DNA of 40,957 nucleotides from the NCBI GenBank assembly GCA_041651155.1, contig JBAZJU010000003.1, forward strand, positions 85,789 through 126,745. Direction: 5' to 3'. Shown in pieces: positions 8,751-16,858 of the stretch. Origin of the DNA: Patescibacteria group bacterium (lineage in GTDB: Bacteria; Patescibacteriota; Patescibacteriia; CAIXNZ01). The position numbers and the translations under genes were made by a program. Below the pieces are notes generated by a model. The model did no database searches. It saw nothing but the letters and a program-made list of their open reading frames with translations, and was not told the DNA's origin. Numbering within the stretch: position 1 is the stretch's first letter; each line of letters begins with the position of its first letter.

Positions 8751-8781
8751 AAAAAAACACTCCAATTATGAAGTGTTTTTT
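8751..8781. terminator. bidirectional terminator (membrane protein / rpoD convergent)
   Basis: ACACT(8757-8761)/AGTGT(8772-8776) stem between A7 and T6 runs. Confidence 0.4.
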
Positions 8782-8793
8782 GTTTAGATATTT

Positions 8794-10002
8794 TTAAAAA
8801 TCCTTTAATTTATCAATCTGGGCGTGTTGCTTAATCTTTTCCAAAGCTTTGGCTTCAATCTGCCTGATTCTTTCGCGGGTGACATCAAATTCCTGACCAA
8901 CTTCCTCTAAAGTATGGGCTACGCCATCAGTTAAGCCAAAACGCATTTCTAATATTTTTTGTTCTCTTGGAGAAAGTTCACTGATTACTTCTTTCACATA
9001 ATCTCGTAATAACTGCAAAGCGGCTACTCTGTCAGGCGTCATATTTTTAACATCTTCTATAAAATCTTCCAAAGTTGAATCTTCTTCGTCTTCGCCGACT
9101 GAAGTTTCTAAAGATATAGTTTCCTGAGAAATACTTATTATGTGTCTGACTTTTTCAATATCCTCACCCATTTCAGCAGCAATTTCTTCTGGCAAAGGCT
9201 CACGCCCTAAATCCTGGATTAAACGGCGCTGAACCTGCTGGAATTTATTGATTGTTTCTACCATATGGACAGGAATTCTGATTGTTCTGGATTGGTCAGC
9301 TAATGATCTGGTAATCGCCTGCCTTATCCACCAGGTCGCATAAGTTGAAAATTTATAGCCTTTTCTTGGATCAAATTTTTCCACGGCTTTAAATAAGCCA
9401 ATATTGCCTTCCTGGATTAAATCCAAAAGAGACATGCTTTTGCCGACAAATTTTTTGGCAATGGAAACAACCAGGCGCAAATTAGCCTCAATAATCTTTT
9501 TTTCAGCTTCCTTGTCCCCTTTTTCTTTGCGCCTCGCCAAAGACATTTCCTCTTCTCCTTTTAAAAGAGGCACCTTGCCGATTTCACGCAAATACATCTG
9601 GATTGAATCTTCTGAAATATCAGAAAGATCAAGCCTCTTTTTTTCCTTGGTTATGCCAATTCTTTCCAAAAGTTCTTCTTTTTCTTTGCCCCGGCTTAAA
9701 ACTCCGCCTTTTAGTTCCACCATTTGAATGCCACAGTGGTCTAATCTATCTATAAAATCTTCGTACAAATCAATATATTCTTCAACTTCGGGAAAAGTAT
9801 GCAAAACTTCTTGTTCGGTAATAAAACCTCGGCTTCTGCCTTTTTGCAAAAGCGAACATAACTGTTCTTCACTGGGCCTGACAATCTCCTGCTTAGACCT
9901 GGAAATTTTTTTATGCTTTTTTTTAATCTGAAACTTCCTTCTTTTTATCGGTCTTTTAAGCTTTTTAACATTTTTCTTCTTTGTTTTTTTCTTTTTAGGC
10001 AT
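8794..10002 (-). CDS. rpoD: RNA polymerase primary sigma factor (sigma70 family)
   Basis: Region 2 [36 protein letters not shown], region 4 [24 protein letters not shown]. Sits directly downstream of dnaG. Confidence 0.9.
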   Translation of the reverse strand: MPKKKKTKKKNVKKLKRPIKRRKFQIKKKHKKISRSKQEIVRPSEEQLCSLLQKGRSRGFITEQEVLHTFPEVEEYIDLYEDFIDRLDHCGIQMVELKGGVLSRGKEKEELLERIGITKEKKRLDLSDISEDSIQMYLREIGKVPLLKGEEEMSLARRKEKGDKEAEKKIIEANLRLVVSIAKKFVGKSMSLLDLIQEGNIGLFKAVEKFDPRKGYKFSTYATWWIRQAITRSLADQSRTIRIPVHMVETINKFQQVQRRLIQDLGREPLPEEIAAEMGEDIEKVRHIISISQETISLETSVGEDEEDSTLEDFIEDVKNMTPDRVAALQLLRDYVKEVISELSPREQKILEMRFGLTDGVAHTLEEVGQEFDVTRERIRQIEAKALEKIKQHAQIDKLKDF

Positions 10003-10016
10003 AAAATGTGTTGGGG

Positions 10017-11819
10017 CTATAAATTATTTATCTGCTGGGTCAAAACTGAAAAATCTTTGCTTAATTCTTCAATTTGTTTCTGGTTTTTGTCTTTTTCAGC
10101 GGCAGATAATAACTTGGCAACTTGTTTAATTTTTAAACTAATATAATTTTTTTTCAATAATTGTATAAGATTAATAATTTCATTTTTAATTTGGCCTTCG
10201 CTAAAATCAAAAAAATCTTTATCGGCTAAAAGCAACAAAGTTGATAGCAAGTTAATTAATTTTTCGTCTTGAGTAAATAATAGCTTTTCAAATTGAGTAT
10301 AATCAAAGTTCTTTATATTATTATAATACAAAATCAGTTCTTTGTAAATTTTCTGCAAGTCCTCCTGCGGAATCATGCCGATTTCCAATTTATCAATGAC
10401 ATATTCAATATTTTGGGGATATTTCAGAATTAAGGCTAAAAGCTGCTCTGCCACCTGCACCTCTCTTTTTTTAATATCCTGTTCCTCAAATTTAATTGGC
10501 GGATTTGCGCTTTCTTTGGAACCTGTAACTTTAGAAAAGGTCTCCTGCAAAATACTGACCGGAACATCCAATTTTTGGGCTAATTGATTCAGCCAGTGAT
10601 TTTGCTCAACTTTATCAACCAGCTTTATTATTTGTTTTAGCAATTTAGCGGCAATTTCTTTTTTTTGCAGCGGATCGTTAATATCAAATTTTTTAAAAGC
10701 TTTGGCAAAATAAAAATCCATGATTGAACCGGCTTGCTTAATCGCCTCTTGCCAATAGCTGGCTCCTTGCTTAATGCAATCATCCGGATCTTTAATTGCC
10801 TGGCCGTTTAGGACAGGCGGCAATTGAATAACTCTTATGTTCAAGCCTAAAGACAAAGCAATGTCAATTCCCCTTTCAGCCGCTGCTTGGCCGGCCAAAT
10901 CAGCATCAAATGATAGCGCCAGGTTATTAGTATATCTTTGGATGATTTTTAATTGCTCCTGGGTCAAGGCAGTGCCTGATGTAGCAACTACATTTCTTAT
11001 CCCTGCTTGATGAGAAGCAATCAGATCCATATTGCCTTCTACAAAAACCGCCAGATTATTTTTTTTAATTTCTTCCTTGGCTTTATCTAAGCCATAAATA
11101 ATCAAGCTTTTATTATAAATTAAAGTTTGGGGAGTATTTACGTATTTACCGCCCTGATTAGCTTTGTTTTCGTCTAAAATCCTGCCTGTAAAACCGACTG
11201 CATTGCCGTGGTGATCAAAGATTGGAAACATTAATCTCTGCCTAAAACGGTCATACAGCCGGCCCTTATCATTTTTAACGACCAAGCCTGCCAGAAAAAT
11301 ATCATTATCTTTGAATCCCTTTTTATGTAAAATATTCAAAATCTTATCCCAAGAATCGGGCGCATAGCCTAATTTAAATTCAGCCACGGTCTTGGGTTCA
11401 AGTTGGCGTTTGGCAATATAATCACGGGCGATCTTGCCTTCTTGAGTTTTTAAAAGCACTTGGTGAAAATATTCAGCGGCTAATTTATTTATATCTAAAA
11501 GTTTAGTCTTCTGCGAAACCAATTCAGGATTTTCTTTTTTAAGCTTAATCCCGGCCTTATCAGCTAAAATTTTTAAAGCCTCGGGAAATTCCACGCCTTC
11601 AATTTTTTGCACAAAGGTAAAAGCATCCCCGCCTTCGCCGCAACCAAAGCAATGCCAGATCTGTTTGTCGCGGGAAACCATAAAAGAAGGGGTCTTTTCA
11701 TTATGAAACGGACAAAGCGCCCTAAAGTTACCGCCTGCAGGTTTTAGCTGGATATATTCAGATATTACATCCACGATATCAAGCTTTGATTTTATTTCCT
11801 CGGTTTGAGAATTTATCAT
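10017..11819 (-). CDS. dnaG: DNA primase
   Basis: Zinc-binding [30 protein letters not shown] and [23 protein letters not shown] prefer the ATG at 11819 (MINSQTEE..) because the track start at 11840 is a TTG. Confidence 0.9.
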   Translation of the reverse strand: MINSQTEEIKSKLDIVDVISEYIQLKPAGGNFRALCPFHNEKTPSFMVSRDKQIWHCFGCGEGGDAFTFVQKIEGVEFPEALKILADKAGIKLKKENPELVSQKTKLLDINKLAAEYFHQVLLKTQEGKIARDYIAKRQLEPKTVAEFKLGYAPDSWDKILNILHKKGFKDNDIFLAGLVVKNDKGRLYDRFRQRLMFPIFDHHGNAVGFTGRILDENKANQGGKYVNTPQTLIYNKSLIIYGLDKAKEEIKKNNLAVFVEGNMDLIASHQAGIRNVVATSGTALTQEQLKIIQRYTNNLALSFDADLAGQAAAERGIDIALSLGLNIRVIQLPPVLNGQAIKDPDDCIKQGASYWQEAIKQAGSIMDFYFAKAFKKFDINDPLQKKEIAAKLLKQIIKLVDKVEQNHWLNQLAQKLDVPVSILQETFSKVTGSKESANPPIKFEEQDIKKREVQVAEQLLALILKYPQNIEYVIDKLEIGMIPQEDLQKIYKELILYYNNIKNFDYTQFEKLLFTQDEKLINLLSTLLLLADKDFFDFSEGQIKNEIINLIQLLKKNYISLKIKQVAKLLSAAEKDKNQKQIEELSKDFSVLTQQINNL

Positions 11820-11927
11820 AATGCGAATTTGATAATGCAAATCAACGAATTTATTTAAATATGTACCATAAATTTATCACATTTATTGAAATTGTTCAAA
11901 ATTTCTGTAAAATAAAGTAAATAGGGC

Positions 11928-12029
11928 GAAAAACGACTCCTTTGTGTTCAATGTTATAGAGGACTTTAGTCCTCGTAGTCATTCGGAGACTAAAGTCTCC
12001 TGTAAATTCCCACAAAGGAGCCGTTTTTC
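11928..12029. repeat. 102-bp imperfect palindrome in the dnaG / radical-SAM divergent spacer
   Basis: Outer arms GAAAAACGACTCCTTTGTG (11928-11946) and CACAAAGGAGCCGTTTTTC (12011-12029), 18/19 complementary. Inner hairpins GAGGACTTTAGTCCTC and GGAGACTAAAGTCTCC. Confidence 0.7.
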
Positions 12030-12041
12030 ACCTCAAACCTT

Positions 12042-12923
12042 ATGATTTGCAATATTTGCCCACACAACTGCAATGTTGATCGTCAAACCAAATTCGGTGT
12101 CTGCCAGGCACCGACTGATTTTAAAATTGCGCATATTCAGCTTCATCAATGGGAAGAACCCTGTATTTCTGGCGTAAGTGGCTCTGGCGCAATCTTTTTT
12201 AGCCAGTGTAATTTAAAATGTGTGTATTGCCAAAATCATGAAATTTCTCAAGGCGATTACGGCAAAATTATTAGTGAACAGGAATTTATTAAATTATGCC
12301 AAAAATTAAAAGCCCAAGGCGCTCATAACCTTAATTTAGTCTCCCCTACCTGTTATTCATCACTTTTAATTAAAATTTTGCCAGAAATTAAAACTAGAAT
12401 TAATTTGCCTATTATTTGGAATTCCAATGCTTATGAAAAACCTGAAACAATTAAGCAATTTAATAATTTAATAGATGTTTATTTGCCTGATTTAAAATAT
12501 TTTGATAATAGCTTAGGGCTTAAATATTCAAAAATACCTAACTACTTCCCTCTTGCCTTAAATGTAATTAAAGAAATGGTAACCCAAGTTGGTATGCCTG
12601 AAATTAATAATAATGGTTTGATTAAAAAAGGCGTGCTTATCCGCCATTTGGTTTTGCCTGAACAAATTAATGATTCAATGAATATCCTCAAGTCAATTAA
12701 AGAAAATTTTGGCAACCAGGTCTGGGTTAGTTTAATGTCACAATATTATCCTGCTTTTAAATCTGTTAATTATCCGGAAATAAATAGGACCTTAAGCCAG
12801 GATGAATATAATGAAATAAGAAATTATTACGAAAGCCTAAATTTTGCTGGCGGTTATTTCCAGGAATTAGATTCAGCTGATAATGAGTATACTCCAAATT
12901 TCCAGATTAAAACGATAGAATAA
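12042..12923 (+). CDS. radical SAM protein, PflX/PflA-like activase family
   Basis: CNLKCVYCQN (CxxxCxxC) cluster plus N-terminal Cys-rich MICNICPHNCNVDRQTKFGVCQ. Confidence 0.8.
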   Translation: MICNICPHNCNVDRQTKFGVCQAPTDFKIAHIQLHQWEEPCISGVSGSGAIFFSQCNLKCVYCQNHEISQGDYGKIISEQEFIKLCQKLKAQGAHNLNLVSPTCYSSLLIKILPEIKTRINLPIIWNSNAYEKPETIKQFNNLIDVYLPDLKYFDNSLGLKYSKIPNYFPLALNVIKEMVTQVGMPEINNNGLIKKGVLIRHLVLPEQINDSMNILKSIKENFGNQVWVSLMSQYYPAFKSVNYPEINRTLSQDEYNEIRNYYESLNFAGGYFQELDSADNEYTPNFQIKTIE

Positions 12924-12928
12924 ATATA

Positions 12929-12955
12929 AAGGCCGAGTATAGAACTCGGCTTTTA
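12929..12955. terminator. bidirectional terminator
   Basis: GCCGAGT(12932-12938)/ACTCGGC(12944-12950), followed by TTTT. Confidence 0.55.
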
Positions 12956-12957
12956 TT

Positions 12958-13173
12958 TTAAACTGTTTTTGGCAGTTCTTTTTTCGGTTTGCTAAAGGCC
13001 AGAATGTAAATAATTTCCAGGATGCCAACCGTGTTAACAATTAACATAACCACAAACCAAGCTTTGTGGCCATTTCTTGCTGATTTCCAGAGCGCAATTC
13101 CTTTCCAGATAAGAGACCAGATGACTAGCAGTAAAATCAGCCAATACCATTGATTGATGATTTCAGGTGTCAT
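12958..13173 (-). CDS. small two-TM membrane protein (DUF5652-like)
   Basis: 71 aa, WYWLILLLVIWSLIWKGIALWKSARNGHKAWFVVMLIVNTVGILEIIYI. Family name recalled from memory, not searched. Confidence 0.6.
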   Translation of the reverse strand: MTPEIINQWYWLILLLVIWSLIWKGIALWKSARNGHKAWFVVMLIVNTVGILEIIYILAFSKPKKELPKTV

Positions 13174-13184
13174 AGATTTTATAA

Positions 13185-13493
13185 TTAATTATTTAAGCTA
13201 TCTAATTTCATAAAAAATATACGTCGCGCTCGTCTTTTAATATCGCATTTGCCATCTATTGCCATTGATAGACTACCCTTAAAAAATAAGTTTTCTATTT
13301 TTTTATTAAATTTTTTAGTACTTTCAATAGCGCTTTTATAATCACCATCGTTAGATACAAGAATCGCTACGTCATATTCATTAAGAGCCGCCATAGCAAC
13401 CATATCAGTCGCTAGTTGCGTATCTAAATTTTTTTCTTGCAGGTTGCCCTTGGTCCCCTTCAAGTCACCAAATTTAATCTGGACATTTGTCAA
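13185..13493 (-). CDS. NYN/LabA-like domain fragment, N-terminally truncated relative to the 14442-14945 paralog (possible gene remnant)
   Basis: Contains only the C-terminal NYN motifs (DTQLATDMV, AILVSNDGDYKSAI). TTG start, no SD. The FIDGxN N-terminal motif is missing. Confidence 0.45.
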   Translation of the reverse strand: MTNVQIKFGDLKGTKGNLQEKNLDTQLATDMVAMAALNEYDVAILVSNDGDYKSAIESTKKFNKKIENLFFKGSLSMAIDGKCDIKRRARRIFFMKLDSLNN

Positions 13494-13559
13494 TCACTCG
13501 TTTAGGATGATCCATATTATTATATATAAATTAAGCACATTTAAATTATATAATTTTAG

Positions 13560-13634
13560 CACAAAAAAAACAAGAACCCCAAATGGAGCCTCGTTACTTA
13601 TCGTAGCCGAAGCAAACGATAAGGATTTCTTGTT
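13560..13634 (-). ncRNA. candidate ~75-nt small RNA or attenuator hairpin
   Basis: Starts just downstream of the 13638-13666 promoter. Outer stem AACAAGAA/TTCTTGTT, inner stem CTTATCGT/ACGATAAG with a GC-UUCG-GC apex, then U8. Confidence 0.4.
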
Positions 13635-13637
13635 TAT

Positions 13638-13666
13638 ATATTACAGCAAATATAATAAATTGTCAA
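13638..13666 (-). promoter_or_regulatory. sigma70-like promoter
   Basis: Minus strand TTGACA, 17 nt (ATTTATTATATTTGCTG), TAATAT. Confidence 0.5.
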
Positions 13667-13719
13667 TAGAGAATATACACACCCAAAAATTGGGCTAATT
13701 CTACGTCTTTTTTACTAAA

Positions 13720-14274
13720 TTATTTTCTTTGATATAAACCAATTAATTCTGCGTAATCAAGCGTGTGGCCTTGCATTGCCTGATCAAGATTATCTCTGCC
13801 GGCATTTGGCGTTAAATCAAGCATTGTATCCAGGGCATAAAGTTTAAATATATAACGATGTGTACCTGAAGGTGGACATGGTGCTACATAACCTGTTTTG
13901 CCAGCGCTAGTAGTTCCCTGTATAGCTCCCGTCGGAATAGAGCCCACTGTAATACTAGCAGTTTTTGGATCTATATTCCAGACTAGCCAATGTATAAAAG
14001 TGCCTCTAACAGCATCTGGATCCTCAACAATTAAAGCTAAACTTTTTGCTCCAGCTGGCACTCCGCTTATTTCTAAAGGCGGATTAATCCCCTGCCCATC
14101 GCAAGTATATTTGTCGGGCAAATTTTTATTCTGTTCAAATGCGCTAGAATATAATTTCATAGAAGTATTATTAGAATTAAAATTCATTTGATAGACAGGA
14201 GCTTTCTTAGGGGGATAAGCGCAAGAGACCAAAAATATAAGTAAAAAGATTAATATAAAAATTTTTGATTTCAT
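13720..14274 (-). CDS. YbhB/YbcL-type PEBP (Raf kinase inhibitor-like) lipoprotein
   Basis: Lipobox-like LVSC. YTCDGQGINPPL, LIVEDPDA, FIHWLVWNI, GYVAPCPPSGTHRYIFKLYALD. Confidence 0.8.
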   Translation of the reverse strand: MKSKIFILIFLLIFLVSCAYPPKKAPVYQMNFNSNNTSMKLYSSAFEQNKNLPDKYTCDGQGINPPLEISGVPAGAKSLALIVEDPDAVRGTFIHWLVWNIDPKTASITVGSIPTGAIQGTTSAGKTGYVAPCPPSGTHRYIFKLYALDTMLDLTPNAGRDNLDQAMQGHTLDYAELIGLYQRK

Positions 14275-14370
14275 AATTCAGAGTTCAGAATTTATATTGG
14301 AAACTTTATTTATTAGCTGGTTTATCTTACCATAAACGTTTCCAAGCTATTGAACTATTACGCATATATG

Positions 14371-14399
14371 TTGACAAAATATTTATAATGCTGTATTAT
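14371..14399 (+). promoter_or_regulatory. sigma70-like promoter facing the 3' end of the NYN gene
   Basis: TTGACA (14371-14376), 17-nt spacer, TATTAT (14394-14399). Confidence 0.45.
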
Positions 14400-14405
14400 A
14401 TAAGT

Positions 14406-14462
14406 ATAATCACTACGAAAAGCGCCCTTTAAGGCTAGTCCTTACGGGGTTCTTTTCTTTTT
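14406..14462 (+). ncRNA. candidate ~55-nt small RNA overlapping (antisense to) the NYN stop codon
   Basis: Hairpin CCCTTTAAGG (14425-14434)/CCTTACGGGG (14440-14449) followed by TTCTTTTCTTTTT. Confidence 0.3.
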
Positions 14463-14945
14463 ATAGGCAATTTTATTCTCTAAATCTGAGACAAAAGCCA
14501 AATATTCCGAAGGGAATCTTTTTAAAAGCGCGGAATAACTTGCCTGATTGGGGATTAATAATTTATGGAGCTTTTGTCTTTTAATTAGGTGTTTAACCAG
14601 ACAATGAAAATCACCGTCCCCGGTAACCAAAACAGCACGGTCAAAATTATCAATCTCAAGCATGGTATGCAGGACTAATTCGGCATCACAATTACCTTTT
14701 GTTTTCCCATCCTTATATTCAAGCGTTGGTTTGAAGATACAGATATATCCCTGCTGCTGAAGTGCCGTATATAATTCTTCATTTGAAGCAACGTAACCTA
14801 AAAAAATAAAGAATTTAGACACTTTGTATTTATCGGCTAAATATTTTCTAAATTTACCATAATCAATTTTCCAACCCAAAGACTTTATACTAAGGTATAA
14901 ATTTTGTCCATCAATAAAGGCAAAATTGTTTTCTTTTTGTTTCAT
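14442..14945 (-). CDS. NYN domain (LabA-like) putative RNase
   Basis: NFAFIDGQNLY, GNCDAELVLHTM, AVLVTGDGDFHCLV. Confidence 0.8.
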   Translation of the reverse strand: MKQKENNFAFIDGQNLYLSIKSLGWKIDYGKFRKYLADKYKVSKFFIFLGYVASNEELYTALQQQGYICIFKPTLEYKDGKTKGNCDAELVLHTMLEIDNFDRAVLVTGDGDFHCLVKHLIKRQKLHKLLIPNQASYSALLKRFPSEYLAFVSDLENKIAYKKKRTP

Positions 14946-14978
14946 AACCTAAAAATGATTCTCAATTTTTAATTTTTC

Positions 14979-16766
14979 TTACCAACTCCCTCCCCCTCCT
15001 CCGCCGCCACCTCCGCCAGAGAATCCTCCGCCGCCAAAGCCGCTGGAGCCTGATGAAGCGCTGGCCGGCATTGAAGCTAAGGTTGAGGCGCTTGAGGATT
15101 GAAAATTAGTCATTGAGCTGATCAGCCATAAAGATGAAAAATTATTTGTGGTTGGATCATCATACCAGCTTGGCTTTTGATTATAAATATCTTTAAATTG
15201 TCCTGCCCATTCTTTTTCAACGCCTAAGACCATGGCTACTGGCAGAAATTTTTCAAACTGTTCCGGGTTTTTAGCTGGCGCATTAAAAAATTTAATTCTG
15301 TCTTTTTCAGCCACTGTTAAATAAATTTTTAAGCCCAAAATAGCTTCACGGGCCAAAACACCTTTTTTTGTCCTGGCTGGCATAAAATAGCCAAAGATAG
15401 CAACCAAAATTCCGGACAAAACTGCGCTAAATATCCAGTAAGCTCCTAAAACGCCTAAAAAGAAAAATCCAAGGAATAAAACTGCACCGGCAATAGTATA
15501 ATAGGAAATCCTTTGCTTTTGCGGATTTTGTAAAAAATAACCTTTTTTAATCACGTCAGCATAAACGGCCTCTTTTATTTTGGCTAAGTCTTTATAAAAT
15601 TCTTCGGCCAAATCCGAGAGTTTAATAGTCAGACTGGAATCAAATAAGGCATTTAGCAATTGCTTGTCAAATTCATTAACCAAGGTGTCAGTGGTTTTTA
15701 ATTTGGTTAATTCATAATCATTGCCTTTTTCCAGCTTTTTTATTTTTAAATAACCATTAATGGCTAAATAAATAATTTGGGCAGAGATATCCTTATTATC
15801 AACTTTTTCATGGATAACTGCGCCAATTTCAGCTGGACTTAAATTATCTGGCGCTTCAAATTCAGCAATAATTGTTTTTCTGCCTTCTGGATCACGGCCA
15901 TGCTTGTACCAGCGCCAAAATAAAAATATAAAAACAAAAACTGGTATCAACAATATCCCATTATCTTTTATCGCATCTAATATCGATTGCCATAGAGTTG
16001 GTTTTTGCACTAATCCAACTGGCCAGCCAATCACTATTGTTAAGCCTTCACCCGGATTTAATTTACTCTGTTTAAAAATAGCAGCAGAAAACAAATTATC
16101 ATTTCCTGGAACCAAATCAATAGAACTGCAAGAAGTTGTACTGCCAAAAATTCCGCTAAAGCATTCGGTCTTAATATCTTTTTGCTCTAATTTTTGAGGT
16201 AAAGTAATTGTAGCTCTTGATTCTAAAATTGAAACTGGCGGATCCCATTCTGTGCCTGTGACATTCCAGTATAGTTCATCGTGATCATTAAAATAGTTAA
16301 TAGCTCGCTTAATCGTATAGTTAATTACATAAGTATGTTTGCCTGTAATCAAAATATCCGCATCGCCTATTTTTATATTCACATCACTGCCAGGATAAGA
16401 AATGTCAGTGGTTAAAGCGCTGCCATTTTCATCAGTCACATAAATGTCGAAAATTCTAAAATTAAAATTACTGCCTCTGGCCTTATATTTGATCGGAATA
16501 TAGCGGTAAATGCCATGATGTTCAGTCTCACCGAAATCATATTGGATTTTTTCTAACACATTAATGCTGGCATCTGAATTAATTTTAATTGTCACGTCAA
16601 AACTATCAATTTGTTCTGGGTTTACTTGGGCTGTTGTATCAATATTGTCATTTTGAGCCCAAACCAAAGAACCAAAAGTACAGCTTAATAAAATAGCCCC
16701 TAAAATTAGATATTTTCGCCCGCCAGAGGCGGACCCCGCTTCGCGGGGCATATTCATTAGATTCAT
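14979..16766 (-). CDS. DUF2207-type membrane protein with poly-Gly C-terminal tail
   Basis: Start moved to ATG 16766 (MNLMNMPREAGS..). The longer track ORF overlaps the upstream gene. Signal segment, large extracellular domain, about 3 TM segments, C-terminal SGFGGGGFSGGGGGGGGGGSW. Confidence 0.7.
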   Translation of the reverse strand: MNLMNMPREAGSASGGRKYLILGAILLSCTFGSLVWAQNDNIDTTAQVNPEQIDSFDVTIKINSDASINVLEKIQYDFGETEHHGIYRYIPIKYKARGSNFNFRIFDIYVTDENGSALTTDISYPGSDVNIKIGDADILITGKHTYVINYTIKRAINYFNDHDELYWNVTGTEWDPPVSILESRATITLPQKLEQKDIKTECFSGIFGSTTSCSSIDLVPGNDNLFSAAIFKQSKLNPGEGLTIVIGWPVGLVQKPTLWQSILDAIKDNGILLIPVFVFIFLFWRWYKHGRDPEGRKTIIAEFEAPDNLSPAEIGAVIHEKVDNKDISAQIIYLAINGYLKIKKLEKGNDYELTKLKTTDTLVNEFDKQLLNALFDSSLTIKLSDLAEEFYKDLAKIKEAVYADVIKKGYFLQNPQKQRISYYTIAGAVLFLGFFFLGVLGAYWIFSAVLSGILVAIFGYFMPARTKKGVLAREAILGLKIYLTVAEKDRIKFFNAPAKNPEQFEKFLPVAMVLGVEKEWAGQFKDIYNQKPSWYDDPTTNNFSSLWLISSMTNFQSSSASTLASMPASASSGSSGFGGGGFSGGGGGGGGGGSW

Positions 16767-16858
16767 AAAAAAATTATTATTAATCTTATTTATATAATAC
16801 AAGTTTTCAATTAAAAAAGCCAAGGGTAATGTTCCCTTGGCTAATATATTTACTTTAT

